Of a stretch of DNA of 64,000 bases, positions 8,756 through 17,348 are shown in pieces. The stretch spans positions 1-64,000 of the IMG/VR virus record IMGVR_UViG_3300034112_001564, one strand, 5' to 3'. How positions within the stretch are numbered: position 1 is the first letter of the stretch; every line of letters begins with the position of its first letter. This DNA comes from a virus. The notes under the pieces were generated by a model. The model saw only the letters and a list, made by a program, of their open reading frames with translations. It ran no database searches and was not told the origin of the DNA. A program made the position numbers and the translations under genes.

Positions 8756-9046
8756 ATGAAACCCATCGACCCCAGCGACTACCTGACCATCCAACAGGCA
8801 ATGGACGCTCTCGGCTGCCCCAGGCGGACGCTTGCCAGGGCGATCCTGCGGGCCGAGACGGCCGGCAAGAAGATCGTCACCGAGATTCTCGGCAAGAGCG
8901 TGATCCACAAGTCGAAGATCGCCGTGCTCAAGGAGTTCTACTACCCATACGGCTCGCCGGCCCACCAGAAGATGGTGAAGAAGTGGGGCTCCGCCGGGGG
9001 CACACAGAAAAGGATCAATCGCGAAGAGGCGGAGCAGGGGCGGTAG
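8756..9046 (+). CDS. HTH DNA-binding protein (Xis/MerR-like)
   Basis: YLTIQQAMDALGCPRRTL; possible promoter TTGTCA-N18-TAGAAT at 8690-8719. Confidence 0.7.
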   Translation: MKPIDPSDYLTIQQAMDALGCPRRTLARAILRAETAGKKIVTEILGKSVIHKSKIAVLKEFYYPYGSPAHQKMVKKWGSAGGTQKRINREEAEQGR

Positions 9047-9059
9047 TTAAAGCCTGCCT

Positions 9060-9350
9060 TTAACTTGAGTCGCGGGCCGTGCGCTTACTATGGCATGCCT
9101 TGTGTAAAAGCCGGAGGTTACTGAGGCTATCAGTACCACCTTTGGCCTTCTCGACGATGTGGTCGATGTCGCCGCTTTCGCCGACGATCAGCATCCCGCA
9201 CAACTGGCAGATGCCCTGGTCGCGGGCGATGACGGCAAGGCGGGTGCGTCTCCAGGCGGCCGAGCAGTAGCCGCGGGCCGCCGCCGTCGGGCGGGCCTCC
9301 CCCCGTGGGGCGAAACGAGCCGGCCTATACGTCGGGATTCTTTTCGGCAC
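9060..9350 (-). CDS. HNH endonuclease (HK97 gp74-like)
   Basis: RDQGICQLC...DHI...GG...NLRLLHKACH. Confidence 0.9.
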   Translation of the reverse strand: MPKRIPTYRPARFAPRGEARPTAAARGYCSAAWRRTRLAVIARDQGICQLCGMLIVGESGDIDHIVEKAKGGTDSLSNLRLLHKACHSKRTARDSS

Positions 9351-9666
9351 GAGCCTGCTCCTGCCACCCGTACATCAGAACCTTGTGCGCGTGGTTCTTC
9401 TTCCACCACGCGATGATCGCCTTGACGATCAGTTGAGCCAGCACGCTGATCAAGATCGCGGCGATCACTGAGCCGTACTTGTCCCTGGCGCGGATGCGGA
9501 GGCGGGCGGCGAGCACCTCCTCCATGCGGTCAGGCGGCGCGTCGATTGGGAACTCCTCGACCGCCCATTCGACGAGCTGATCGCGGAGGGCGGGATGCGT
9601 CGAGAGACGGATGCCACCGGCTCGCGAGACATACCGCTTTAACGTGTCGTACTTGGCGTCGGGCAT
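9325..9666 (-). CDS. hypothetical membrane protein
   Basis: hydrophobic segment VIAAILISVLAQLIVKAIIAWW. Confidence 0.65.
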   Translation of the reverse strand: MPDAKYDTLKRYVSRAGGIRLSTHPALRDQLVEWAVEEFPIDAPPDRMEEVLAARLRIRARDKYGSVIAAILISVLAQLIVKAIIAWWKKNHAHKVLMYGWQEQARAEKNPDV

Positions 9667-9929
9667 TTGCCGTCCTTGCATGGTGCGGGGGCGGCGGAGG
9701 TCGCTGCCTTTCCAGTGCCTTTACAGACAGGGCACTCAGATCGCACGCGGCCGTCAGACAAATACCCGAGGCCGCGGCAATTGCTGCAAACGCCAGACGG
9801 AGCAGGAGCCGGCTTGGCCTGGGCCATCAGCGAGTACCTGCCGGCCACCGCGACGAACGGCCGGAGGTCTTCGGCGGCATGCGTGCAGCCGCAGAGAGAC
9901 AGCAGGAGGACGATCAAGAGCTTAGACAT
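9639..9929 (-). CDS. putative lipoprotein with DnaJ-like Zn finger
   Basis: MSKLLIVLLLSLCG-C lipobox-like; CSNCRGLG...CPVCKGTG. Confidence 0.65.
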   Translation of the reverse strand: MSKLLIVLLLSLCGCTHAAEDLRPFVAVAGRYSLMAQAKPAPAPSGVCSNCRGLGYLSDGRVRSECPVCKGTGKAATSAAPAPCKDGKCPTPSTTR

Positions 9930-12120
9930 TGCCTTCGGCTCCGTAGGTCGTGTGCTTGCGGCGAGGCCAGCCAGCCACGCTCGAGAGAGCAATGCACTGG
10001 CATCGGTCAAGGTTGTCGGCGAGTGCCCAGAAGCATCCCTCTGGAATCAGGAGATCGGTGCCGAGCACCTTGCGGCTCCCTGAGTTCCATTTCGCCCAGG
10101 AGTTGACGACCAACACGAGCCCCTGCCCGTACTTCCTGTGCGTCTCCGGCCGATCGTCAAATCCTGCGAGCCCCATCGAGTGGTGCCACACCCCAATTTG
10201 ACGACTTACGCCATCCTCATTTCTGGTTCGATCGAAGCCTAAAGAACTACATACGAAGCAGCCGAAACCGGCCGCGAGGAAGTCCCTGATCTGCTCCCTG
10301 CCCTTGAGGAACGTCGCCGTCCTCGCGACGTACTGCTTGCTCTCGCGCAGCCAGTTCTCGCCGGGGGGCGTCGCGCCGCCGAGACGAATCGTCTTCTCGG
10401 TGTAGTGCGTCAGGTCGATCTTCAGATCGGGGTACGGCTTGCGAATGAGGAAGCCCTTCTCGCAGGCAACCTTCGCGGCTTCAGAACACACCCAGCCGTC
10501 CCCGGCAAAATTTCTCCACGCAAAAAGTGATTCGCTGGCGATCACTGACTCGCGGATGCCGGCCTCTGGAAGTTCAGGAGCGCCCTCAAGCCTGCCGGTC
10601 ACCTCGTCGGGCTTGTTGTCGTAGATTTCCGCGCTCAAACTGCCAAGCAAGGCACGCGAACACCCCCATCCGACGCAGTTGTGGACAGCGTATCCGTTCG
10701 CGATGAATGAGTGATCCTCCTCGACCTCGAGACAATACACATCGCCCTCAAACGCTTCGCGGGTCGTCTCGGCAACCTTCTTCCACATGCCCCACTTGCC
10801 GGCCTTTTTCCCAGTAGATACGCCAAGCCCCCGCTCGGTCTTTGCGGCCGGAAAAGCCGCGATGGCATTGTCGCCGAAAAGATGAAGCACGTCCGCCGAC
10901 TTCGACTGCTTATAGGCAGGCCGCGTGCTGACGGAGGCGACGGCCCCGCACGAGTTCGCGATGTCAAACATGTCGCGGACAAGACCGCTGGATACAGAGA
11001 CAGCACACGCCGAGAACACGTTGCTTTTCGCTGGCTTGCCTGTCTTGAACGCGAACGCCCCCTTCGCCACCTGCTTGAGATTGCCGTCGCCTGCAAACCA
11101 ACCACGAAGCAGCCCAAGACGGACAGACTTTTTCGCCGTCAGAAAAACTCGGTTGACCCGTTTTGTGTATGTGTTGCCTGGGGCAAGCTTCTTGAACAGC
11201 CATGCCACGGGGCCGCAGTTGAAGCGAACGTAGACGACAGACGGCTTTGAGGGGACTCTGACAATCCTTGCGTCAAGGCCAAATATGTCATTTATGAACT
11301 GAACCGCTGTCTCCGCGAGAAACGCTTCATGGGAGCCCAGGTTAAACGTGATCCGCGAGGGTCCGTACTTTCCATAGTCGCACGAACCCTCGGCAAGAAA
11401 GAGGCCGATCAGCCACGCGAGCCTGAAGTCCAGCGGGGCATACCTGTTGATTTCTTTTTTACCGTGAAGCCAACGAAGTCGATGTTCAGCCGTCGGCTTC
11501 ACGTTCCGCGGGTCGGCCTGCCCGAATGCAATCGCCCGCGGCGCTTCTGCGAGATCGAAGACGATCTCGTCACCGATTTCCGCGTGCCGCGGGATGAGGA
11601 CATCCGTACCTTTCGTGATGAGTTCGGATTGGCACCAGAACGGATTGTCGTCGTTTCCACAGACAAAACGGTGGTCTGGAGTAGAGCGGACGCTCCTCGG
11701 CACTCCGCGGGCTCGCAGTTTCACAAGGTCGCCCTTGTACGGCTTCTTGAGTGTATTGAGCACCCTTCGGACGTTGCCGTTGTGGGTGACAACGCTCTCG
11801 CCCACCGCGACCGCCTCGATCGGCTTCTCGGTCCCGTCTGCCATGCGTACAGTCGTGCCGGCCGGAAAGCAGTCGCCCCATAATTGCGACGGCCCCGGCA
11901 GCGAGCCTGGAAACACGGCCTCGATGGTTCGCCAGAGCGTCGACAGCCTGCCGGCCCCGGCCTGCTCAAGCCCCCAGTCGTAGGCGACGTTCGCGCCGTT
12001 CGGATCGCCGCCGTACCGCAGCACATAATCGGCGAACACCTCGTCGGCCCGCGGGTCTTTGCGGCAGCCGATGAACCCCTTCGCGTATTTCTCGACGGGG
12101 TCGAAGTCACTCATTGCCAT
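9922..12120 (-). CDS. papain-like (C1) cysteine peptidase interrupted by an intein
   Basis: spliced product reads SQLWGD-CVGWG; downstream HSMGLAG and VNSW supply the His/Asn motifs. Confidence 0.8.
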   Translation of the reverse strand: MAMSDFDPVEKYAKGFIGCRKDPRADEVFADYVLRYGGDPNGANVAYDWGLEQAGAGRLSTLWRTIEAVFPGSLPGPSQLWGDCFPAGTTVRMADGTEKPIEAVAVGESVVTHNGNVRRVLNTLKKPYKGDLVKLRARGVPRSVRSTPDHRFVCGNDDNPFWCQSELITKGTDVLIPRHAEIGDEIVFDLAEAPRAIAFGQADPRNVKPTAEHRLRWLHGKKEINRYAPLDFRLAWLIGLFLAEGSCDYGKYGPSRITFNLGSHEAFLAETAVQFINDIFGLDARIVRVPSKPSVVYVRFNCGPVAWLFKKLAPGNTYTKRVNRVFLTAKKSVRLGLLRGWFAGDGNLKQVAKGAFAFKTGKPAKSNVFSACAVSVSSGLVRDMFDIANSCGAVASVSTRPAYKQSKSADVLHLFGDNAIAAFPAAKTERGLGVSTGKKAGKWGMWKKVAETTREAFEGDVYCLEVEEDHSFIANGYAVHNCVGWGCSRALLGSLSAEIYDNKPDEVTGRLEGAPELPEAGIRESVIASESLFAWRNFAGDGWVCSEAAKVACEKGFLIRKPYPDLKIDLTHYTEKTIRLGGATPPGENWLRESKQYVARTATFLKGREQIRDFLAAGFGCFVCSSLGFDRTRNEDGVSRQIGVWHHSMGLAGFDDRPETHRKYGQGLVLVVNSWAKWNSGSRKVLGTDLLIPEGCFWALADNLDRCQCIALSSVAGWPRRKHTTYGAEGNV
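10678..11871 (-). mobile_element. 398-aa intein with LAGLIDADG homing endonuclease
   Basis: starts CFPAGT, block B TPDHRF, LIGLFLAEG and LRGWFAGDG, ends VYCLEV...AVHN followed by C+1. Confidence 0.95.
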
Positions 12121-12592
12121 TCACCTTGAAGCACCACTTGAGCACCCCGCAGGCATCCATGAGCTGCTGCCGCTTCACGGCATCGACCGTGGCCGTGTCG
12201 GCCCCCGCCGCCGCGAAGAAGACGGCATCGATGGCCTTGTCGAGTCCGGGGTACTTGCCCACGTTCTTCTTCTGGATGGCAAGCTGAAGGCTCCCGGCGT
12301 GGAACTGCGCGAACTTGTCGGTGTCGCCGATGATCGGCGTCGACCGCTCGCCGTCCTGCTTGAGGACATACTCCATCGCGTCGTAGAAATTGGCGAGATA
12401 CTCCCGGTCGGCCGGCAGCATCCTGGGCAGGATCGACTTCAAGTCGCCGGCCCACTTGATCTGCTCGGCGGCAGGCTTCTCGGCGACGACGGTCGTCTGC
12501 GGGGGCAGCGGCCACTTCACGTCCAGCGAGCCGCCCTTCCAGGCGAATGCGAGCAGTGCGCCTGCCACGATGTACCTCGCTGTGTTGTTCAC
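12107..12592 (-). CDS. secreted or membrane-anchored hypothetical protein
   Basis: N-terminal hydrophobic YIVAGALLAFAW. Confidence 0.7.
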   Translation of the reverse strand: MNNTARYIVAGALLAFAWKGGSLDVKWPLPPQTTVVAEKPAAEQIKWAGDLKSILPRMLPADREYLANFYDAMEYVLKQDGERSTPIIGDTDKFAQFHAGSLQLAIQKKNVGKYPGLDKAIDAVFFAAAGADTATVDAVKRQQLMDACGVLKWCFKVNGNE

Positions 12593-12867
12593 TACTTGTC
12601 GCTCCCGGCCACCAGGGCCAGCGTTAGGGTGTCGATGGCTGCCCTCTGGGGGCTCTTCTCTTCGCCCAGGAGGCCCGTGGTGTTCAGGCGGGCTCGCACT
12701 CGGGCGAGGTTATGAATGGCGTCCTCGTAGCCCACAGGGGCCACGCTGGGGGCTGGCAGGGGCGTCGATGGCAGCTTGCCCAGCACGAACTTGCCGACGG
12801 CGGCGATCTTAGGCCACGCCACCACTGCCGCCGCAATAATCCCGGCCCCAATCTGCTCGTAGGTCAT
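12592..12867 (-). CDS. small membrane protein
   Basis: N-terminal TM segment; ATGA coupling. Confidence 0.65.
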   Translation of the reverse strand: MTYEQIGAGIIAAAVVAWPKIAAVGKFVLGKLPSTPLPAPSVAPVGYEDAIHNLARVRARLNTTGLLGEEKSPQRAAIDTLTLALVAGSDK

Positions 12868-13157
12868 GTGATCTCCTGTGCGACGAGTGCGAACCATTCA
12901 ACGAGTGCCTGACCCTCGGGCGTCTTCAAAACCGCCTCGATCCGGTCAAGCACGTTGTTGTCCTTGTCAGTGACCGTCTTGTCGGCCGCCAGCCGGAGGG
13001 CGGCGACCAGAGCCAGAGCCTTCTCCGCGGGCGTCTTCGCCAGGGCGACGGCCTCGAGCTTCGCCAAAAGCGGTGCCCACGCCGCCAGCAAGCGGACCTT
13101 GTCGATAATCGACAAGCTGCCGTACATCTGGCCGAACTGCTCGTCACTTACGTCCAT
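12864..13157 (-). CDS. hypothetical protein
   Basis: GGAG RBS, coupled ORF. Confidence 0.65.
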   Translation of the reverse strand: MDVSDEQFGQMYGSLSIIDKVRLLAAWAPLLAKLEAVALAKTPAEKALALVAALRLAADKTVTDKDNNVLDRIEAVLKTPEGQALVEWFALVAQEIT

Positions 13158-13329
13158 TGCGATTTCTCTCCAGAAACGCCTGATATTCCCGGCTAGTCGT
13201 GCGGCCTTCGCTCGTCAGCTTGCCCCGCACATACGGCTGGTCGCGGACAAGTGCCATCAGCGGCGTCGAGTCGTCGCCGCGGCGACTCTCGAACTCGCGA
13301 TGGTCGATGTCGGCGTCGTCAATCACCAT
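13144..13329 (-). CDS. hypothetical protein
   Basis: short ORF coupled to neighbours. Confidence 0.5.
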   Translation of the reverse strand: MVIDDADIDHREFESRRGDDSTPLMALVRDQPYVRGKLTSEGRTTSREYQAFLERNRNGRK

Positions 13330-13510
13330 GCACCATGAAATTCATGCCGTCATATGCGTCGTCGAACACGGCCCTGGCGAACTCCGCGGCCTCGCTTTTT
13401 CCGATCGTTCTCCCGAACGACCAGACCTCGTCCTCGACGATGTCGTCGCCCTTGCGAATCGTCAGCCTCGCCTCCTTTGGAGCGATCACCAATTCGACTT
13501 TCGCCAGCAT
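13319..13510 (-). CDS. hypothetical protein
   Basis: GGAG RBS before ATG 13510. Confidence 0.55.
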   Translation of the reverse strand: MLAKVELVIAPKEARLTIRKGDDIVEDEVWSFGRTIGKSEAAEFARAVFDDAYDGMNFMVHGD

Positions 13511-13784
13511 TGTTGTCTGCTCCAGTAGGCACATTCATCTTACCAAGTCGGGACTCCCTCTCGGCGGGACTCCAAGTGGCCCGAATCTTGGCGCACTCAA
13601 GGCGAATCTGTGCCGGGGTCGGCAGGTAAAAATCGGGCTCGGGGCGATCCGGTAGCCCCAGGATGCCGGCGGCCACCGCCAGCTCGTCGACCGAGAACTC
13701 TAGCTCGACGCAGATTTCCTCCGTCGTCGAGTCGCCCTTCCAGAGCCGTCGCAAAGCCCGCTTCTGGTTGGCGGAGAGGATCAT
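13350..13784 (-). CDS. HTH-like protein, paralog of 16110-16448
   Basis: LWK...ICVEL...PTPAQI...IRATWSPAERESR. Confidence 0.6.
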   Translation of the reverse strand: MILSANQKRALRRLWKGDSTTEEICVELEFSVDELAVAAGILGLPDRPEPDFYLPTPAQIRLECAKIRATWSPAERESRLGKMNVPTGADNNAGESRIGDRSKGGEADDSQGRRHRRGRGLVVRENDRKKRGRGVRQGRVRRRI

Positions 13785-14629
13785 GGCAATATCGCGACGT
13801 ACCTCGAGCCTGGGTTCAAAAAAAGCTGGTAGCCGGCCTTCTGCATCGAGCGGTGCAGGAAGACGTGCTCGCAGTCGCCGCCCTCGTAGGTGCCGGCCAG
13901 GAACGCCTCGCGGCGGTAGAGGCACAGGCCGCCGAACGCCGAGTTCATCGGGATCGGCGGCGACCCGACGGGCGGCATGAGCAGGTGGAACCACGCATGG
14001 TCGCGGCGGTCCTCAAACCAATTGAGCCTCGCTGCCCACGCATCGTACTGGGCCGCCCCGTAAGCCCCAGACGGTTCCTCTCGCAGGAACAGCGAGTAGC
14101 TCGCCATCGCCCCCGGCTCCCGCCGATGCCAGGACTCGCCCAGCATCTCACAGAACCAGCCGAGGCTGTTGAGCACCCCATCCACGCTGAATCCGCCGTG
14201 CGGGTCGGTGTCGAGCACCATGACATACCCGGCGTCGACCGCGTAACGCCGCACCCACTCCTGGCACTTGGTGCGGCACTTCGCCAGCCGCACCGTCCGC
14301 TCAGACCCGAATCCTCTGGCGTCCTCGCCGCCCAGGCTGTCGTGCTCGATCGTAACCCACTGGCGGATCGCGAAATCGTCGAGCACGTCGTTCGTACCGT
14401 CGGTCGAGTCGTTCTCGTAAACGAAATAAACGCAATCCCTCCAGAGCCCCGCCAGCTCGTCCACGAGCCGCAGCGTATTCTTCAGGTGCGGCATCGAGTT
14501 CCTGGCGATGCTCACGATCGCCAGCTTCTGCCGGCGGGCCTCCACGCGGCCGAATTCGACGTGTTCGCGGTAGCCGGCGACGTAGGCGTCACCGACGGAC
14601 CACATATCCTCGGGTCGGCTGACGGTCAT
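13781..14629 (-). CDS. glycosyltransferase (CAP59/GT69-like, GT-A)
   Basis: VYENDSTD, VLDTD, SAFGGLCLY, CEHVFLH. Confidence 0.75.
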   Translation of the reverse strand: MTVSRPEDMWSVGDAYVAGYREHVEFGRVEARRQKLAIVSIARNSMPHLKNTLRLVDELAGLWRDCVYFVYENDSTDGTNDVLDDFAIRQWVTIEHDSLGGEDARGFGSERTVRLAKCRTKCQEWVRRYAVDAGYVMVLDTDPHGGFSVDGVLNSLGWFCEMLGESWHRREPGAMASYSLFLREEPSGAYGAAQYDAWAARLNWFEDRRDHAWFHLLMPPVGSPPIPMNSAFGGLCLYRREAFLAGTYEGGDCEHVFLHRSMQKAGYQLFLNPGSRYVAILP

Positions 14630-14649
14630 GCCACTGCTGTATCTCAGCC

Positions 14650-15270
14650 TCATGTCGATATTGCCTCGATCATGGCGGCACGCCGGTCTGGGAAGCAGGT
14701 TGCATGGAAGAAGCGACAGCCAGAGACTCCCCTGGAGTCTCTGGCGTGCGGATTCCACTCATACGGCAACTCCGCCCAGGCGCGACCGGCGGGCGTCGCT
14801 ACTGGCGTCGCGTCGGGGTCTCCGCCGAGGGCTGCGATCAAGGCGGCCTGCTCCCACCAGCAAGACGAGCGTCGAAACCCATTCAGGGGCCAGAGACTCT
14901 CAAGCAACTCAGCGGCTTCGGCGCGAGCGAGCCAGACGCCGCAGTTGGGAACGGCCCCGTCCTCGGTGTGATGCACGACCATGCCCACCGAAGCGCCGGC
15001 GGGCAGGTCGTCAAGTATGTCGCGGTCGTCCCTGAGCACGACGACATCGGCGTCCAGCCAGAGCGCGGCGTCGTACCCGCCGTTCAGGAGCGTCAGGATC
15101 AGCGGAATCTTGCCCCACGACGGATGCCGGCTCATGCCGGCGAACTGCTCGCCGGACGGCACGAACAGGTCGTAGCCGTGCCTCTGGGCATACCTCGCGA
15201 ACGTCGGCATCGCCACGTCAAGCAGCTCGGCCATCGGGCCAAAGCCGAACGTGGTTAGTACCTTCCTCAT
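14650..15270 (-). CDS. glycosyltransferase (GT34, GMA12/MNN10-like)
   Basis: YAQRHGYD, WGKIPLI, WLDAD, NCGVWL, WEQAAL. Confidence 0.8.
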   Translation of the reverse strand: MRKVLTTFGFGPMAELLDVAMPTFARYAQRHGYDLFVPSGEQFAGMSRHPSWGKIPLILTLLNGGYDAALWLDADVVVLRDDRDILDDLPAGASVGMVVHHTEDGAVPNCGVWLARAEAAELLESLWPLNGFRRSSCWWEQAALIAALGGDPDATPVATPAGRAWAELPYEWNPHARDSRGVSGCRFFHATCFPDRRAAMIEAIST

Positions 15271-15788
15271 TTCCACCCCAAGAACAAAGAGCGACCCCTG
15301 CTATCCGCGTCGGCCACGGTCGTACTGAACTTCGCCGCCACCGCCGCCTGCATTGAGTCGTCAAGTTGCTCGAAGTCGTGGATTGCCAGAATGCTTCCCG
15401 TAACCTCGGCGCAGCCCAGGTACTCGAGAAACGCCGCCGGCCCGTGGACCGCGTCGTGGAACACGAAGTCGAACTGCCCAGGCTGGCACTGCGACAGGTA
15501 AACCTCGGCATCGGCGGTAACCGGGAAGATGTTCGTGATCCCGAGCGTCGCCCAGTAGGTCTCGCGCATCGCCTCGGCGACGGTGTCTGACAGGTCGACC
15601 GCCGTGATCGATGACTCAGGCGAGGCCAGGGCCATCGCCGCCGCCGAGAGACCCATGTGGCTTCCAAGCTCAAGGATTCGCCACCGCCTGCCTTCGACGG
15701 CCTCGCAGAGCATGCGGATATGCCGCCGGTCGGTGGTCATCGGGTGCGAGTCATCGATGGACTCAACGAATTCACGCCAGTCGCTCAC
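15267..15788 (-). CDS. class I SAM methyltransferase (Methyltransf_24-like)
   Basis: ILELGSHMGLS, FDFVFHDAVH, IHD. Confidence 0.8.
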   Translation of the reverse strand: MSDWREFVESIDDSHPMTTDRRHIRMLCEAVEGRRWRILELGSHMGLSAAAMALASPESSITAVDLSDTVAEAMRETYWATLGITNIFPVTADAEVYLSQCQPGQFDFVFHDAVHGPAAFLEYLGCAEVTGSILAIHDFEQLDDSMQAAVAAKFSTTVADADSRGRSLFLGWK

Positions 15789-16078
15789 GACACGTTCTCC
15801 AGAAAATGTCTCGCCTCGGCCGCCGAGGTCACGACGGCCACCGGGCATCCTGCCGCCGAGAGTTCACGCATTCTGTGGAGCTGAATCTTCGTCGGCTCTT
15901 CGCCTGGGCGCTTGCACTCAAGCCAGAACGCGCGGCCGTCCTTGATCATGAGCACGTCGGGGACGCCCGCCATTGAATAGGCGTTCCCGTGGAACTTCGT
16001 CGCCCAGAAGCCCAAGGCTCTTCCCTGAGCCATGACATTTGCAACGATGGTTTTCTCCAGGGGAGCTTTCCGTTGCAT
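15785..16078 (-). CDS. VRR-NUC domain nuclease
   Basis: GVPDVL...WLECK...Q. Confidence 0.85.
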   Translation of the reverse strand: MQRKAPLEKTIVANVMAQGRALGFWATKFHGNAYSMAGVPDVLMIKDGRAFWLECKRPGEEPTKIQLHRMRELSAAGCPVAVVTSAAEARHFLENVS

Positions 16079-16109
16079 TTCCTGATTGTCTTACACGGCA
16101 GGGTTATGG

Positions 16110-16448
16110 TCAAGACGAAAACGAGTATGCCTCGCGGTCGAAGTGGAAGTTTCTGATCTCGACTCGCTTGGGCCGGTAGCACTTTGCCATCCTGCTGCGC
16201 CGCTCCTCCGGCGTCCACGTCGCGCGGATGGCGGCGGTACGCTCGGCGATCTGCTCGGGGGTGGGGTCCGGGGTCTCTGGCTCACGCGGAGCGTTGAACT
16301 GCGGCGGCCGGCGGCCCAGGCGGTGCTTGCGGACGAGGTTGAAAAGGTGGCCCCTAGTGCAGCCCAGCTCCTCACAAATCTGGTCGCTCCGCATCTCGCT
16401 CTTCCAGAGATGCGTCAGGTACTTGAGGTCGATCGGGGGGCAGTGCAT
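16110..16448 (-). CDS. HTH-like protein (GcrA N-terminal-like)
   Basis: LWKSE...QICEELGCTR...RKHRLG; AAGGAGG RBS. Confidence 0.6.
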   Translation of the reverse strand: MHCPPIDLKYLTHLWKSEMRSDQICEELGCTRGHLFNLVRKHRLGRRPPQFNAPREPETPDPTPEQIAERTAAIRATWTPEERRSRMAKCYRPKRVEIRNFHFDREAYSFSS

Positions 16449-16479
16449 GGAATCCTCCTTGATGGGGTGAAAACGGAAC

Positions 16480-16971
16480 TTACGGTTGAACGAGATTGGG
16501 GCCAGAATCGGTGTTGCGGTAGACGAATCCTGCCGTTTCGATCGCGGCCCGCAGGCAATCGACGAGTTCGCGAAGTCTCGCAATCTCGTCGCGGGCGGCA
16601 GACGTGCAGGCACGCTGCACCTCGATCTCGGTCGCCGCCTCCTCGAACAACGTGCCGCTGTGCGCGAGGTGCAGCCCACGCCAATGGCGGAGGCGGGAGA
16701 CGATGTCGCCTGAGTAGGCGGCGGTGTCGATTTTGTTCACTCCAGCCGCTCCAGCACCTCCCATGAGCCGTTCGGCCTCTGCCTTGTCGAAACTATCCTC
16801 TGGATAGGCCAGATCGACCACCGTCGGGAAGTGCCTCAGGAGACGCCGAGCCTCGTCGCGAGCGGCCTTCGGAATCTTCTTGTACCCGTCGGGCAGGTAC
16901 GGGCTAGAGAGCCGGAAGAGGAAATCTCTCGCGTAGACGACAGCTCGAGTTCGCTCTGACGGCATGGTCAT
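16480..16971 (-). CDS. BPSL0761-like hypothetical protein
   Basis: MTMPSERTRAV...FL...ARRLLRHFP. Confidence 0.6.
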   Translation of the reverse strand: MTMPSERTRAVVYARDFLFRLSSPYLPDGYKKIPKAARDEARRLLRHFPTVVDLAYPEDSFDKAEAERLMGGAGAAGVNKIDTAAYSGDIVSRLRHWRGLHLAHSGTLFEEAATEIEVQRACTSAARDEIARLRELVDCLRAAIETAGFVYRNTDSGPNLVQP

Positions 16972-17348
16972 GTCTTCACCTTCTCACTGCATGCGTCGCA
17001 CAGCGTCATGATCCAGCCACCGCCGCGACGCTCGCCAGCGGAGCCGCACTGTTCGCATGTCACGGCCGACACGGCCTCGGCCATCGCAATCACGCCCTCG
17101 CAGTAATCGTCGCCGCCGTGGTAATAGAGCCGCAAGGCTCCCCACTTTTCCTTGACTTGGGTGAACTGAAACGACGGCGACCCCGTGTGCTTCTCGCGGG
17201 CGGCGATCTCGCTGCACGCCGATCGGATGATTCCATGCCAGCCGTCTCCGCACTCGACGCCAAATGCCATGCAACTCCCCTTGCTCTCACGGTTCGCGAA
17301 GAGCGTCGGGAAGTCTTCGTAGAGCTTCTGCTCAAGTTCGGGGCTCAC
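16968..17348 (-). CDS. conserved phage protein
   Basis: ECGDGW...QVKEKWGALRLY...TCEQCG. Confidence 0.75.
   Translation of the reverse strand: MSPELEQKLYEDFPTLFANRESKGSCMAFGVECGDGWHGIIRSACSEIAAREKHTGSPSFQFTQVKEKWGALRLYYHGGDDYCEGVIAMAEAVSAVTCEQCGSAGERRGGGWIMTLCDACSEKVKT

Noticed and set aside
1954-9316. Integron attC or recombinase crossover sites
   Set aside because: No GTTRRRY/RYYYAAC pairs, arms are not inverted, and spacers differ.
13610-14971. 453-aa + strand ORF and similar long antisense ORFs (e.g. 54823-55776, 59552-60484)
   Set aside because: Shadow frames of well-supported minus-strand genes in high-GC DNA.
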